A DNA stretch of 50,339 nucleotides from a bacterium (GCA_021836725.1 JAKBHL010000005.1:1-50339), one strand, 5' to 3'. Counted from the stretch's first letter, positions 9,336-20,773 are shown. Notes: a model not told the origin generated them from the sequence alone. Translations and numbers: made by a program.

Positions 9336-10091
9336 CTACTTTTCACCGGCTCGAGCATACGCGTAAGAGGCAAGCAGAGGAACATCGCTGTCATTGTGTG
9401 CGTACGATCCGACGATGTTTCCGTCAGAGCAAGGATCGCTCGGATCGCCGACGGTACCGATGTGCCCGTTTGCGTACACGCAACGGACGGTGAATCCGCT
9501 TCCGCCCCACACGACATGGCCTTGGTCAAGACCGCGCACAAGGACCGAATCGCCATGAGCAGGAACTTTTACCGTCGGCCATTTTGACTGATCAAGGTGC
9601 CATGCCCGTGGCAGGTTCGGCGTATCTCGCGGGAAGGGTCGGTTGAATCCTTCTCGTGAGGCGTGCAGGGCCGTTGTGATTCCGAGCCCGCTTGCGACCC
9701 ACATTCCTACCGGAAAACCGACGAAGAGCATGAACATCACTCTCGTCAGCGCCTTCTGGAGCGTCTTTTTCGTCGGCTCCTTCTTGACGGTGAGTTCGAT
9801 GACAAGCCACGCAATGGCCAAGAAGACGAGGAGTGGAAGCCAGTGATGCCAGCTCCAGCTCCCCACATCGCTCGGACGCGGGATCAGGGAAGTGTAAAAT
9901 CCCCAATAGGCCACGACTGCGAGAGAGACAACCACGACCAATCCGATAAAGAGCGGTCGAGTGAATATTCCCCGAAGCCCCGCAATTCGCGTCCCCACTC
10001 CTCCTGTCTTGATTTTGGGAGACGCGACAGCCAGGACTACGAACACCAAGGAAACTACCAGACCCGCAATCGCCCACGCGAAGTTATTCAT
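9336..10091 (-). CDS. Multi-pass membrane protein, hypothetical
   Basis: About 4 TM helices plus a soluble C-terminal domain; AAGGAG SD; 8-nt overlap with the SPFH gene end. Confidence 0.65.
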   Translation of the reverse strand: MNNFAWAIAGLVVSLVFVVLAVASPKIKTGGVGTRIAGLRGIFTRPLFIGLVVVVSLAVVAYWGFYTSLIPRPSDVGSWSWHHWLPLLVFLAIAWLVIELTVKKEPTKKTLQKALTRVMFMLFVGFPVGMWVASGLGITTALHASREGFNRPFPRDTPNLPRAWHLDQSKWPTVKVPAHGDSVLVRGLDQGHVVWGGSGFTVRCVYANGHIGTVGDPSDPCSDGNIVGSYAHNDSDVPLLASYAYARAGEK

Positions 10092-11004
10092 GGCCGTCTC
10101 CTTCTTTTCCGTTTCCGCCCAAGTTGATGTTGCCAAGAATGCCCTTCAAACCTTCTCCGACGAGCACCATTTGCGGTTGTATCTTCGGGAGAGTGTCGAG
10201 ACTGCGCAGAGTCCTATACATCTCCCAAGCCTTGTCGAGGGAGGTATCAAGACCGGTCTGAACCGCCAAAATTGGCTTCCAGTAACCGACCGCCTCAGCT
10301 TCTAGTTCGGATGCCAGTTTTTCACCTTCGAGTTTTTTCAGTCGCAGATCTATCACCGATTGCGGCAATTCAATGTCCTCGATGACGAGGCGTCCTTTGT
10401 CACTTGGGACGTACGCTCCGATTTCCGCCAGTCCCGGTTCGACGATTTCCATCGTCTCCTCGGCGATGTTACCGCGTCCCTTGCTTGCCGCGTCAATGTC
10501 TAGTGCCTGCAGACGCGGACGCAGTGCGCCATCGACAAGAGCGTACACCCTATCTTCAGGTTTTTCGTACTTGTAAACCCACAGCTTGACCGCTTCGGTG
10601 AGCTTCTCCCAGTTTTCACTTCCCACGACCGCATCTTCGGGTTTACCGATCCGATACCAGAACTTCACCACGACCGGTGCTGAAGCACCATCCGCGAAGT
10701 CAATGTCCGTCTTACGTTCATCGGCGTACAGCTGGTACTCTTTCCCGCGCATATCGCTGATTCCTCTGCGAATTCGGTCGACACCGATGACTCGGACGTT
10801 CCATCCACGGAAATAAACGGTTTGATATTTGCCAAGCCGTTCGATGACCGCGTACTGCTGTTGCTCCAAGATGATCGTTCCCTGGAAAATGCAGAACCCG
10901 ATCCAAGCGAATGCAAGACCGAATCCCATTCCCCAGAGGCCAAGAGCATTGCAGACGACGATTGCTACGGCCGCAGGGCCGCCCCAGATGATTGTCCGCC
11001 ACAT
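10084..11004 (-). CDS. SPFH/Band-7 domain membrane protein
   Basis: TM helices, then QQQYAVIERLGKY...GWN, LVIEDIELPQSV and a coiled tail; AGGAG SD. Confidence 0.8.
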   Translation of the reverse strand: MWRTIIWGGPAAVAIVVCNALGLWGMGFGLAFAWIGFCIFQGTIILEQQQYAVIERLGKYQTVYFRGWNVRVIGVDRIRRGISDMRGKEYQLYADERKTDIDFADGASAPVVVKFWYRIGKPEDAVVGSENWEKLTEAVKLWVYKYEKPEDRVYALVDGALRPRLQALDIDAASKGRGNIAEETMEIVEPGLAEIGAYVPSDKGRLVIEDIELPQSVIDLRLKKLEGEKLASELEAEAVGYWKPILAVQTGLDTSLDKAWEMYRTLRSLDTLPKIQPQMVLVGEGLKGILGNINLGGNGKEGDGHE

Positions 11005-11053
11005 GATGTTTCTCCTCGTATTGAGCAGTGCAAAGGCCTGCTTTCCGCACTCC

Positions 11054-11081
11054 ATGATACAGAAAACTGAAGAAAAGTCAA
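11054..11081 (-). promoter_or_regulatory. Sigma70-like promoter for the SPFH operon
   Basis: TTGACT-16 nt-TATCAT on the - strand, directly after the tRNA-Leu 3' end. Confidence 0.55.
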
Positions 11082-11082
11082 G

Positions 11083-11164
11083 TGCTGGGGGAGAGACTCG
11101 AACTCTCATCCCGTGAGGGGCCAGATCCTAAGTCTGGTGCGTCTACCAGTTTCGCCACCCCAGC
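11083..11164 (-). tRNA. tRNA-Leu(TAG)
   Basis: GCTGGGG acceptor stem, CCAGA-CTTAGGA-TCTGG anticodon arm, long variable arm, GTTCGAGTC. Confidence 0.95.
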
Positions 11165-11288
11165 ATGTTGAAACAATACTATGGTCTGCTATATTTTTCC
11201 TAACGCGCCTATATCTTCGAAGACTCGATGTAGGCGGCCCGTTCGGAGCAACAATCCGAACGAGGGTGTTCGTTCCTTGTCCTCACTC

Positions 11289-11361
11289 GCGCCTATAGCT
11301 CAGTTGGTAGAGCAGCTCCCTCTTAAGGAGACGGTCCCTGGTTCGAGCCCAGGTAGGCGCA
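11289..11361 (+). tRNA. tRNA-Lys(CTT)
   Basis: GCGCCTA-TAGCTCAGTTGGTAGAGC, loop CTCTTAA, GGTTCGAGCCC, TAGGCGC-A. Confidence 0.95.
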
Positions 11362-11466
11362 CCGAAACGTACCGCGCATAGAGAGTCCTGTTCAAGACAC
11401 AAACAAACTTGAATATCGTGCGTACTAATGAATGCCTGGCGCATTTATCCGTTTATCCACACACTT

Positions 11467-12123
11467 ATGGCATCACACGCACGAAAAATTATCGTTATCG
11501 GCGCCGCAGGGGTCGCGCTCGCGGCCGCGGGAGTACTGCCCTCCTACGTATTTGCGGCATCGGAGTCGCCGACGCATATCTCCTCGGCAATTCATCGCCG
11601 CTTGAGGTTCGAGCATTTTGGGACGGTATCGGCAGTGGCCGATTCTTCCATCACGCTCGCTACGAAAAAGGGTACGACCCTCACAGTTGACGTGCAGAAT
11701 GCGAAGATCATGAAAGCTGGCGCCACCGTTCCGCTCGCCACGGTAGCGGTCGGCGATCCGATTGCCGTCCTTGGCCCGGCGCACGGGACTACCATCGATG
11801 CGCGTACCGTGTTCGATAAGCCCACCGCTCGACTCGAGCACCGGCTTGAACGCCGATGGGAGCGTCATCACGGCGCTGTCATCGGCGGGACGATAGCGAC
11901 GATTTCTTCCGGGGAATTTACGCTCGTACCCAAAAGTCATCCCGGCCGCCCGGCTCGGCCGTCGGTCATGATCGATACGAATGCAACGACCGTCGTAACG
12001 CACGCAGGCCAGCCGGTGCCTTTTAGCGCGCTTGGAGTCAACTCCGAAGTGATCGTATCCGGCACGCGCGAAGCGAAGGGCACGCTCATCGCCAGCAAGA
12101 TCATCATCCGTAATCGCCAGTAA
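11467..12123 (+). CDS. Secreted protein with two OB-fold-like repeats (DUF5666-like)
   Basis: Signal peptide; two repeats of the form G-T-V/I-x-x-V/I...T-L...(V/L)-x-V-(G/N)-(D/S)-x-(I/V)-x-V-x-G...A-x-x-(V/I). Confidence 0.6.
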   Translation: MASHARKIIVIGAAGVALAAAGVLPSYVFAASESPTHISSAIHRRLRFEHFGTVSAVADSSITLATKKGTTLTVDVQNAKIMKAGATVPLATVAVGDPIAVLGPAHGTTIDARTVFDKPTARLEHRLERRWERHHGAVIGGTIATISSGEFTLVPKSHPGRPARPSVMIDTNATTVVTHAGQPVPFSALGVNSEVIVSGTREAKGTLIASKIIIRNRQ

Positions 12124-12150
12124 TTCGCGATTCGATAATCGGTTTGCGGT

Positions 12151-13032
12151 TTAAGCGAGCACACCCTCATGTACGCGTGAGGGTGTGCTCGCTTCCGCCG
12201 CATATGTACTGGTGTACTGCGCGAACCGCGCTATCAGATCGCGCGTGAGGGGGCCGGGCGCTCCGGAACCGATGGCACGTCCGTCAACCGAGACGATGGG
12301 CACGATGTCCTTGAAGGATGATGTGATGAACGCTTCATCGGCGTCGAAAAACGCGGAAAGCGGCACCGCTTGCTCGAGCGTCCGATACGCTTCGTGTGCG
12401 CGTTCAAGCACGACTTTTCTCGTGATGCCCTTGAGCACGTCGACATCCGGCGTGATGACAGTACCGTTCTTCACCATGAAGACATTGCTCGTTGCGCACT
12501 CCAGCACCCGATCGCCGCTTGTGTAGAGGATCTCGATTGCGCCGGCGGCTTTCCGTTTTTCTTGGAGCATGACCGCCGTGATGTAGTGGATAGACTTCAC
12601 TTCCGGCATAAAGCGCTGGTACTCGTGCGTGATGAGGGAAGCGCCGCGCTCGTACAGTTCCGGAGGCAGGGAAGCGTGCGGCGCGGCGGTTATGAAAAAC
12701 GTCTCCCGTCCGGGTACGTGTTCAAGGCCGCCGAGAGCTTCTCCGCCGGTGAGAAGCATGCGAAGGCTCGCCCGTGTTCCGTCCGTGTTGCGCCCGATAA
12801 GCGTACGCATGGCGTTTCTCGCCTCGTCTTTCGTGCAGGGGATGACAAGCCCGAGCGTATTCGCAGACCTCTGGAACCGCTCCCAATGGTCATCGAAACG
12901 AAACGGTTCTCCGGAAAAAGAAGTGAGTCCTTCATAGATGCCGAATCCGCGCAAAATTCCGAGATCAAGTACGCCGACTTTCGCCTCGCCAAGCGGCAAG
13001 AGCGCACCATTGAGGTAACAGAGCGGAGTCAT
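12151..13032 (-). CDS. Aminotransferase class IV (branched-chain/D-amino-acid type)
   Basis: DLGILRGFGIYEGL, HWERF, PLP Lys in EVKSIHY, ECATSNVF, LKGITR, ADEAFITSS. Confidence 0.88.
   Translation of the reverse strand: MTPLCYLNGALLPLGEAKVGVLDLGILRGFGIYEGLTSFSGEPFRFDDHWERFQRSANTLGLVIPCTKDEARNAMRTLIGRNTDGTRASLRMLLTGGEALGGLEHVPGRETFFITAAPHASLPPELYERGASLITHEYQRFMPEVKSIHYITAVMLQEKRKAAGAIEILYTSGDRVLECATSNVFMVKNGTVITPDVDVLKGITRKVVLERAHEAYRTLEQAVPLSAFFDADEAFITSSFKDIVPIVSVDGRAIGSGAPGPLTRDLIARFAQYTSTYAAEASTPSRVHEGVLA
12153..12194. terminator. 17-bp hairpin between convergent genes, inside the aminotransferase 3' end
   Basis: AAGCGAGCACACCCTCA-TGTACGCG-TGAGGGTGTGCTCGCTT. Confidence 0.6.
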
Positions 13033-13121
13033 CGTTGCCAGCAACTATACCAATAATATCGGGGATAATGAACAGGGAGCGGCAGCCATTGCTGTGTGGG
13101 ATGATATAGTAGAGGAGCCTT

Positions 13122-13490
13122 ATGGAATCGAATACTGTCATCGAGACGGAGAATCCTAAAAATCCGTCCGTAATTCCCGATTGTCTCGCGAGCGCCGTGC
13201 GCCATGCGTCCGCAGACGATGACCGAGACGCCCGCCTGCGCGTCCACCTTGAAAGCGGCGATTATTTTTCATTCCTCGCCACGATCTTCGGCTTCGTCGA
13301 AGATATTTGCGTCGAACATGAGCGGAAAAGTTATGCCACAGCGCCGATGACTTCCGAGGCCTTGCAAAAGCTCCGCAGCGACCTCATCTATCTCCAGCAC
13401 CACTACCATATTTCAAAAAATAAAACGTCCGCGCCAGACGCATTGCTCGACAGGACCGCAGTGTGCAATCACACACTCCGACAAACGTAG
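13122..13490 (+). CDS. Hypothetical protein
   Basis: 122-aa ORF with GAGGAG SD; its TAG stop is the first 3 nt of repeat copy 2. Confidence 0.6.
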   Translation: MESNTVIETENPKNPSVIPDCLASAVRHASADDDRDARLRVHLESGDYFSFLATIFGFVEDICVEHERKSYATAPMTSEALQKLRSDLIYLQHHYHISKNKTSAPDALLDRTAVCNHTLRQT

Positions 13491-13644
13491 AACCCTTTTA
13501 GAACTCCCGCTTCCCCGCGAGGTGTGTGCGGCAGAAAGAGGCTTACGGAGCGCGACGGCGTAAGTTCGAGCCGCTTTTAGAGCAGAAAAAGACGGCGTAC
13601 TCCTTTCTGTCGCATACCCGAGCGGGGGGTTGAGATGGGTTCTA
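13488..13644. repeat. Dispersed structured element, copy 2 (inverted orientation)
   Basis: Reverse complement matches copies 1, 3 and 4; bounded by TAGAACCC (13488) and GGGTTCTA (13637-13644). Confidence 0.9.
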
Positions 13645-13653
13645 GAAAGAAAG

Positions 13654-13742
13654 TACCAAGGGTGAGACTCGAACTCACATGAAGGTTTTTAGGCCCTCTC
13701 AGGATTTTAAGTCCTGTGCGTCTACCATTCCGCCACCTTGGC
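13654..13742 (-). tRNA. tRNA-Leu(TAA)
   Basis: GCCAAGG acceptor stem, CAGGA-CTTAAAA-TCCTG anticodon arm, long variable arm, GTTCGAGTC. Confidence 0.93.
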
Positions 13743-13823
13743 GCACACCCTTAGTTCTACCACAACGGGATTCCCGCTGCGCAAGTTATGCTCGCGCGCG
13801 CCCGCTTCTTTGCAGTTCAGATA

Positions 13824-13898
13824 TGGAGGCCCGGGAGGGATTCGCACCCTCGCATAACGGTTTTGCAGACCGTCGCGTTGCTTCTTCGCCACCGGGCC
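13824..13898 (-). tRNA. tRNA-Cys(GCA)
   Basis: GGCCCGG acceptor stem, ACGGT-CTGCAAA-ACCGT anticodon arm, U73 and encoded CCA; atypical T-loop GGTGCGAATCC. Confidence 0.9.
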
Positions 13899-13912
13899 GT
13901 TCTCTGATGATA

Positions 13913-14260
13913 CTAATTTTTAGAGGATTCGCCCATAGGCGCGCCGTTTTGTTCGCGATTGTCGAGAAGAAAGTCGATGCGCGGGAGCGGGCGCACTCGC
14001 GCGTGCGATTTCAAATGATCCGAGAACGCCTTGCGTTGCCGCTCAAGGAATGCGAGCGCCGCGTGCGCTTTGTCCTCGGGAAAGACGCTCACGAAAACCA
14101 TGATGCGATCGCCGTGCGCGACGGACTCTGCGCGGATGACCGTGATGAGCGATTCGCTGCCGGCTTCGCGCGCGATGAACAGCGCCGCCTCCCGCGCAAC
14201 AATTTCGGCCGCACGGTCGCCATGCCGGTTCCCTCCGTTCTGATTTCCGGCAGCGCTCAT
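13913..14260 (-). CDS. rbfA: Ribosome-binding factor A
   Basis: REAALFI...LITVIR...VFVSVFP...PRIDFLLD; 4-nt overlap directly downstream of infB. Confidence 0.8.
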   Translation of the reverse strand: MSAAGNQNGGNRHGDRAAEIVAREAALFIAREAGSESLITVIRAESVAHGDRIMVFVSVFPEDKAHAALAFLERQRKAFSDHLKSHARVRPLPRIDFLLDNREQNGAPMGESSKN

Positions 14261-15726
14261 GATTTTGCGGCGGAGAAAGCGACAAGTTCGTCGCCGGACG
14301 CCGCGTCCGTCCGCGTCTCGATCTCGGTACCGAAATCGCCATCGGTCTTTATCTCTTTCACGTCCGCTCGCGCTTGCTGGAGATTCGTGATGCTCCCGCG
14401 CGCGACTTCCTCGCCGTGCCGCAGTATCTTCACCCGATCACCGGTGGTGAAAGTACCGGATGCGTACCGAACGCCGAGCACCTGTTTCTTTGCGCCGGAG
14501 GAAAAAGTCCGGAGCACGATTCCGCGTCCGAGCTCCTTTTCAACGGCCGCTCTCGGTATGCGCGCCGCCAGAAGCTCGGATATCTTTTCCGAGAGTTCAT
14601 AGATGATGGGAAAAGAGAGTATGGCGACGGCATCGCGTTGCGCGAGTTCGCGGGCGATAGGGTCCGTCCCGACATTGAACGCGATAACGGTGGCGCCGGA
14701 CGCGTATGCCGTCTTGATATCGTTCTCGGAAATGGTGCCGACGCCCGAGGCGACGATGCGGATTGCGGCGCGTTCATCGGCGATTTTCGCCAGCTCATGA
14801 TTGATCGCATCAACCGACCCCGCGACATCCGCCTTTATGACAAGCGGAAGCGACGCAACGCCTTCGGCCGGGGCGCCCTGATGGTGCGGCGCGGCGAGTG
14901 CCTTTGCGTTTGCCGCCGCGAGCATCTCCGCTTCTTTCTTGCTTTTTACGGTGCTAAAGAGCGCTCCGGAGGGCGGCAGCTTATTGAAGCCGGAAACCCG
15001 CGCCGGTTCGGACGCTCCGGCGCGCGCCGTGCGCGCGCCGCGGAAGTCTTCGATGAAGCGTATGGGAGCATACGCGTCGCCCGCAACCACGAAACCCGGC
15101 GTCACGAGCGTGCCGTCTTTCACTATGAGCGTCGCCGATGCGCCGCGTTTCGGATCCTGCGTCGATTCGAGCACGAAACCGCTCGCGGGAAGCGACGGGT
15201 CAGCGGTGATTTCAGCGAGGTCGGCGGCGAGAAGGACGAGGTCGAGCAGCTCCGGCACCCCCGCGCCGGTTTTTGAAGATATGGGGGCATAGGCGACATC
15301 GCCGCCCAGCCCCTCAAGGAATATTTCATGCTCCAGAAGGGAGGTCTTCGCGCGTTCCACATCGGCGTTGTTCTTGTCGATTTTAGTTATCGCGATGATG
15401 AACGGGATTCCCGCTTCCTTGATCGCCGCGAGCGCATCAAGCGTCTGGGGCATCACGCCTTCGTCCGCCGCCACGACCAGGATAGCGATATCCGCGGCGG
15501 CCGCGCCGCGCGTGCGGAGCGCCTTGAAAGCTTCGTGTCCGGGCGTATCGAGGAAAGTGACGAAACGGCCGTTATGTTCGGCGATATAGGCGGCGACGTG
15601 CTGGGTGATGCCGCCCGCTTCGCCCGCGACGATATTCGCTTTCCGGATGTAATCAAGAAGCGACGACTTTCCATGGTCTATGTGGCCCATCACCGCGATG
15701 ACGGGCGGTCGTGGTACCCGCGCCAT
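14257..15726 (-). CDS. infB: Translation initiation factor IF-2 (no N-terminal domain)
   Basis: RPPVIAVMGHIDHGKSSLLD, EAGGITQH, FLDTPGHEAF, TKID, IKADVAGS. Confidence 0.95.
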   Translation of the reverse strand: MARVPRPPVIAVMGHIDHGKSSLLDYIRKANIVAGEAGGITQHVAAYIAEHNGRFVTFLDTPGHEAFKALRTRGAAAADIAILVVAADEGVMPQTLDALAAIKEAGIPFIIAITKIDKNNADVERAKTSLLEHEIFLEGLGGDVAYAPISSKTGAGVPELLDLVLLAADLAEITADPSLPASGFVLESTQDPKRGASATLIVKDGTLVTPGFVVAGDAYAPIRFIEDFRGARTARAGASEPARVSGFNKLPPSGALFSTVKSKKEAEMLAAANAKALAAPHHQGAPAEGVASLPLVIKADVAGSVDAINHELAKIADERAAIRIVASGVGTISENDIKTAYASGATVIAFNVGTDPIARELAQRDAVAILSFPIIYELSEKISELLAARIPRAAVEKELGRGIVLRTFSSGAKKQVLGVRYASGTFTTGDRVKILRHGEEVARGSITNLQQARADVKEIKTDGDFGTEIETRTDAASGDELVAFSAAKS

Positions 15727-15781
15727 AAGAGCTCCATTTCATCACAAAAATGACGCGTTCGCAATCGTGTAGAATCAGTAC

Positions 15782-16915
15782 ATGCTTTGGCGCAGGAGGA
15801 CCTATCTTGACCGCGCTGCGGGAGCGGCGGGGAACCCGTCGTCGCCGCACGAGGAAGGCCGGCGCGCGAAAGCGATGCTCGAGAACGCCCGTACGGACAT
15901 AGCGCGGCTTGTCGAAGTGCGAAGCGATGACGTCATCTTCACGAGCGGCGCGACGGAAAGCAATGCGCTCGCGATCCTCGGACACGTGCGCGAGCGCCGC
16001 CGCGGCGCGTCCGGAGGAACGCATGCCTTGTATCTGCCGACTGCGCACGCGTCGATCGTCGAGAACATGCAATTGCTCGCTGCGGATGGAGTTCTGGTCG
16101 AGACGCTGCCGATACAGGGCGGGCGGGTCGATACCGACAGGCTGGCGGACATGCTGCGCCGCGAGACAGTGCTCGTTTCCATGGATGCGGTTTGCGGCGA
16201 GACGGGAATCGTGTGGAATACGCGCGAAGTCGCGCAGGTGCTCCAGAATGCGCCCGGCGGCTTTGCCGCCGGGCGCGTTCTGCTGCACGTTGATGCGAGC
16301 CAAGCGCCGCTTACCGAAAAAATCACGCGGACGCACTTCGGCGCCGACCTGCTGACGCTCGATGCTTCAAAAGTCGGTGTAACGCGGGGTATCGGTGCGC
16401 TTGTGGCGCACCGCACGATCGCGATCGCTCCGCTCTACAGGGGCGGCGGACAGGAACGCGCGCTGCGAAGCGGCACCGAGGCGCCCGAACTCGCGCAAAG
16501 CTTTGCGGCGGCGCTTCGCGCCGCCGTCTCGGGTCGTGCAGCGTTTCGCGCCGCCGCAAAACGGGACCGGGCGGTTCTCATCCGCGTCATCACAGACACG
16601 ATCCCAAACGTATACATACAAGAGGGTCGCGCTCAGGCGCCGCATATCCTCAACCTTTCTTTCCCGGGGCGAGATACCGATTATCTTGTCGCGCTCCTTG
16701 ACGAAGCTGGATTCGCGGTCTCGACGCGCAGCGCGTGCGAGACGGATTCGCAGGACGGTTCGCGCGCCGTCTTTGCGTTGACCGGCGACCGGGAACGCGC
16801 CCGCGCGACGCTGCGTATTTCCTGGGATTCGCGCGTCCGCTCACGCTCGCTTGCCCGTTTTGCTGCGGCGCTTGCGCGAGCGGTCGCATTTATTGACACC
16901 ACGGGCTGTCGGTAG
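15782..16915 (+). CDS. Cysteine desulfurase (IscS/NifS-like, class V aminotransferase)
   Basis: GNPSS, FTSGATESN, HVDASQ, PLP Lys in DASK, GGGQE..LRSGT, catalytic Cys in STRSAC. Confidence 0.85.
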   Translation: MLWRRRTYLDRAAGAAGNPSSPHEEGRRAKAMLENARTDIARLVEVRSDDVIFTSGATESNALAILGHVRERRRGASGGTHALYLPTAHASIVENMQLLAADGVLVETLPIQGGRVDTDRLADMLRRETVLVSMDAVCGETGIVWNTREVAQVLQNAPGGFAAGRVLLHVDASQAPLTEKITRTHFGADLLTLDASKVGVTRGIGALVAHRTIAIAPLYRGGGQERALRSGTEAPELAQSFAAALRAAVSGRAAFRAAAKRDRAVLIRVITDTIPNVYIQEGRAQAPHILNLSFPGRDTDYLVALLDEAGFAVSTRSACETDSQDGSRAVFALTGDRERARATLRISWDSRVRSRSLARFAAALARAVAFIDTTGCR

Positions 16916-16930
16916 CATTATATATAGACC

Positions 16931-17707
16931 ATGAATATAGAAGAGCTTTCGAAATCTCAACTCATACTGCTCACAATTCTCGTGAATTTCGTCACCTCGG
17001 TCGCGACGGGTATTTTGACAGTGTCGCTTTTGGACCATGCTCCGGCTTTTGTTACCCAGACGGTGAATCGTGTCGTCGAACACACCATTGAGACGGTAGC
17101 GCAAGTCGCCCCCGCGGCGGCTATTTCGGCGCCCGCGCCGTCCAATCAGGACCTCGTCACCGCCGCTCTCGGAGCGGATGCGACGCGCGTCGCCGCGCTC
17201 TACTCCGCGACAACCGGCACCTCGACCCCCGCGCTTGCTGTCGGTACGTATCTGCCGAGCGCCCGCGCCGTCGTGACTGCGGCGGAGAACGCTCTTCCGA
17301 AAGAGGTACTCATTGAATTCCCCGACGCCACCTATGTCGCAGCATCGCTCTCGCGCGAGGGTAACGGCGTCATGATTTACGGTTTTGCCGATGCCGCGAA
17401 GCTCCCGAAAGCGCGGGCGCCGGTTCTTGTTGCCGCAAGCAATCTGAAACTCGGCGAAACCGCGCTCGCCATAGGCGCTGACGGGTCTGCCGCCACCGGC
17501 ATCGTCGCGCGCGTCGGCGCCAAGGGCGTCTATACCACGTTGCCGGACATCGGCGCGGGGAGCGCCGTGGTCGATCTTGCCGGCAATCTCATCGGCATCA
17601 GCGCGGGAGTGACACCCGGGCTGCTCATCCCTGCCGATACGGTAGACGCTCTCCTTTCCGCGACCTCGACGGCCTCCGCAACGACCTCGACGTCCACCCC
17701 GTTATAG
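16931..17707 (+). CDS. Membrane-anchored trypsin-like (HtrA-related) protein, probably degenerate
   Basis: N-terminal TM helix, LKLGETALAIG...TGIV, GSAVVDLAGNLIGI; no GNSGGP motif. Confidence 0.55.
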   Translation: MNIEELSKSQLILLTILVNFVTSVATGILTVSLLDHAPAFVTQTVNRVVEHTIETVAQVAPAAAISAPAPSNQDLVTAALGADATRVAALYSATTGTSTPALAVGTYLPSARAVVTAAENALPKEVLIEFPDATYVAASLSREGNGVMIYGFADAAKLPKARAPVLVAASNLKLGETALAIGADGSAATGIVARVGAKGVYTTLPDIGAGSAVVDLAGNLIGISAGVTPGLLIPADTVDALLSATSTASATTSTSTPL

Positions 17708-17713
17708 CTTTAT

Positions 17714-20392
<2,679 letters not shown>

Positions 20393-20402
20393 TTTGCGCT
20401 TC

Positions 20403-20501
20403 GCGGCCCGGCGATTTTTGAGTACGGCGTATTTTCCTGCTGGAAAATCGCCTCGCCCTCGGCTCGTCAGCCTGCGGGAGCCTCAAAAATCGCCGGGCCG
20501 C
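20403..20501. repeat. Diverged fifth member of the structured-element family (same 65-nt core, different perfect 20-bp closing stem)
   Basis: GCGGCCCGGCGATTTTTGAG...CTCAAAAATCGCCGGGCCGC enclosing TACG-GCG-T-ATTTTC-C-TGCT-G-GAAAAT-CGC-CTCG-CCC-TC-GGC-TCGTCA-GCC-TGC-GGG-AGC. Confidence 0.8.
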
Positions 20502-20546
20502 TTTGCTCCATTTGCGAAAAATAGCCTGTTCTGATAGATTTTCCGT

Positions 20547-20702
20547 ATGTCACAAGACCGCCTGCTCAAGCTCAAATCCACGAAATCAAATCACGTCATC
20601 TGGAGCCGCAAGAATAAAAAAACCGTCGAGCGCAAGATCGAGGTCGTGAAATTCGATCCGGTACTCCGCAAGCGCGTCATTTTCAAAGAAACGAAGCGCT
20701 AG
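20547..20702 (+). CDS. rpmG: 50S ribosomal protein L33 (Cys-free form); not in the ORF track
   Basis: Manual translation MSQDRLLKLKSTKSNHVIWSRKNKKTVERKIEVVKFDPVLRKRVIFKETKR. Confidence 0.9.
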   Translation: MSQDRLLKLKSTKSNHVIWSRKNKKTVERKIEVVKFDPVLRKRVIFKETKR

Positions 20703-20744
20703 CGTCAAACGAACACCGCCCGAAAGGGCGGTGTTCGTTTGACG
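20703..20744 (+). terminator. Perfect 19-bp GAAA-tetraloop hairpin after rpmG
   Basis: CGTCAAACGAACACCGCCC-GAAA-GGGCGGTGTTCGTTTGACG. Confidence 0.75.
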
Positions 20745-20773
20745 GGATCCGCCAAATGTGCCCTGCTGTGTAG

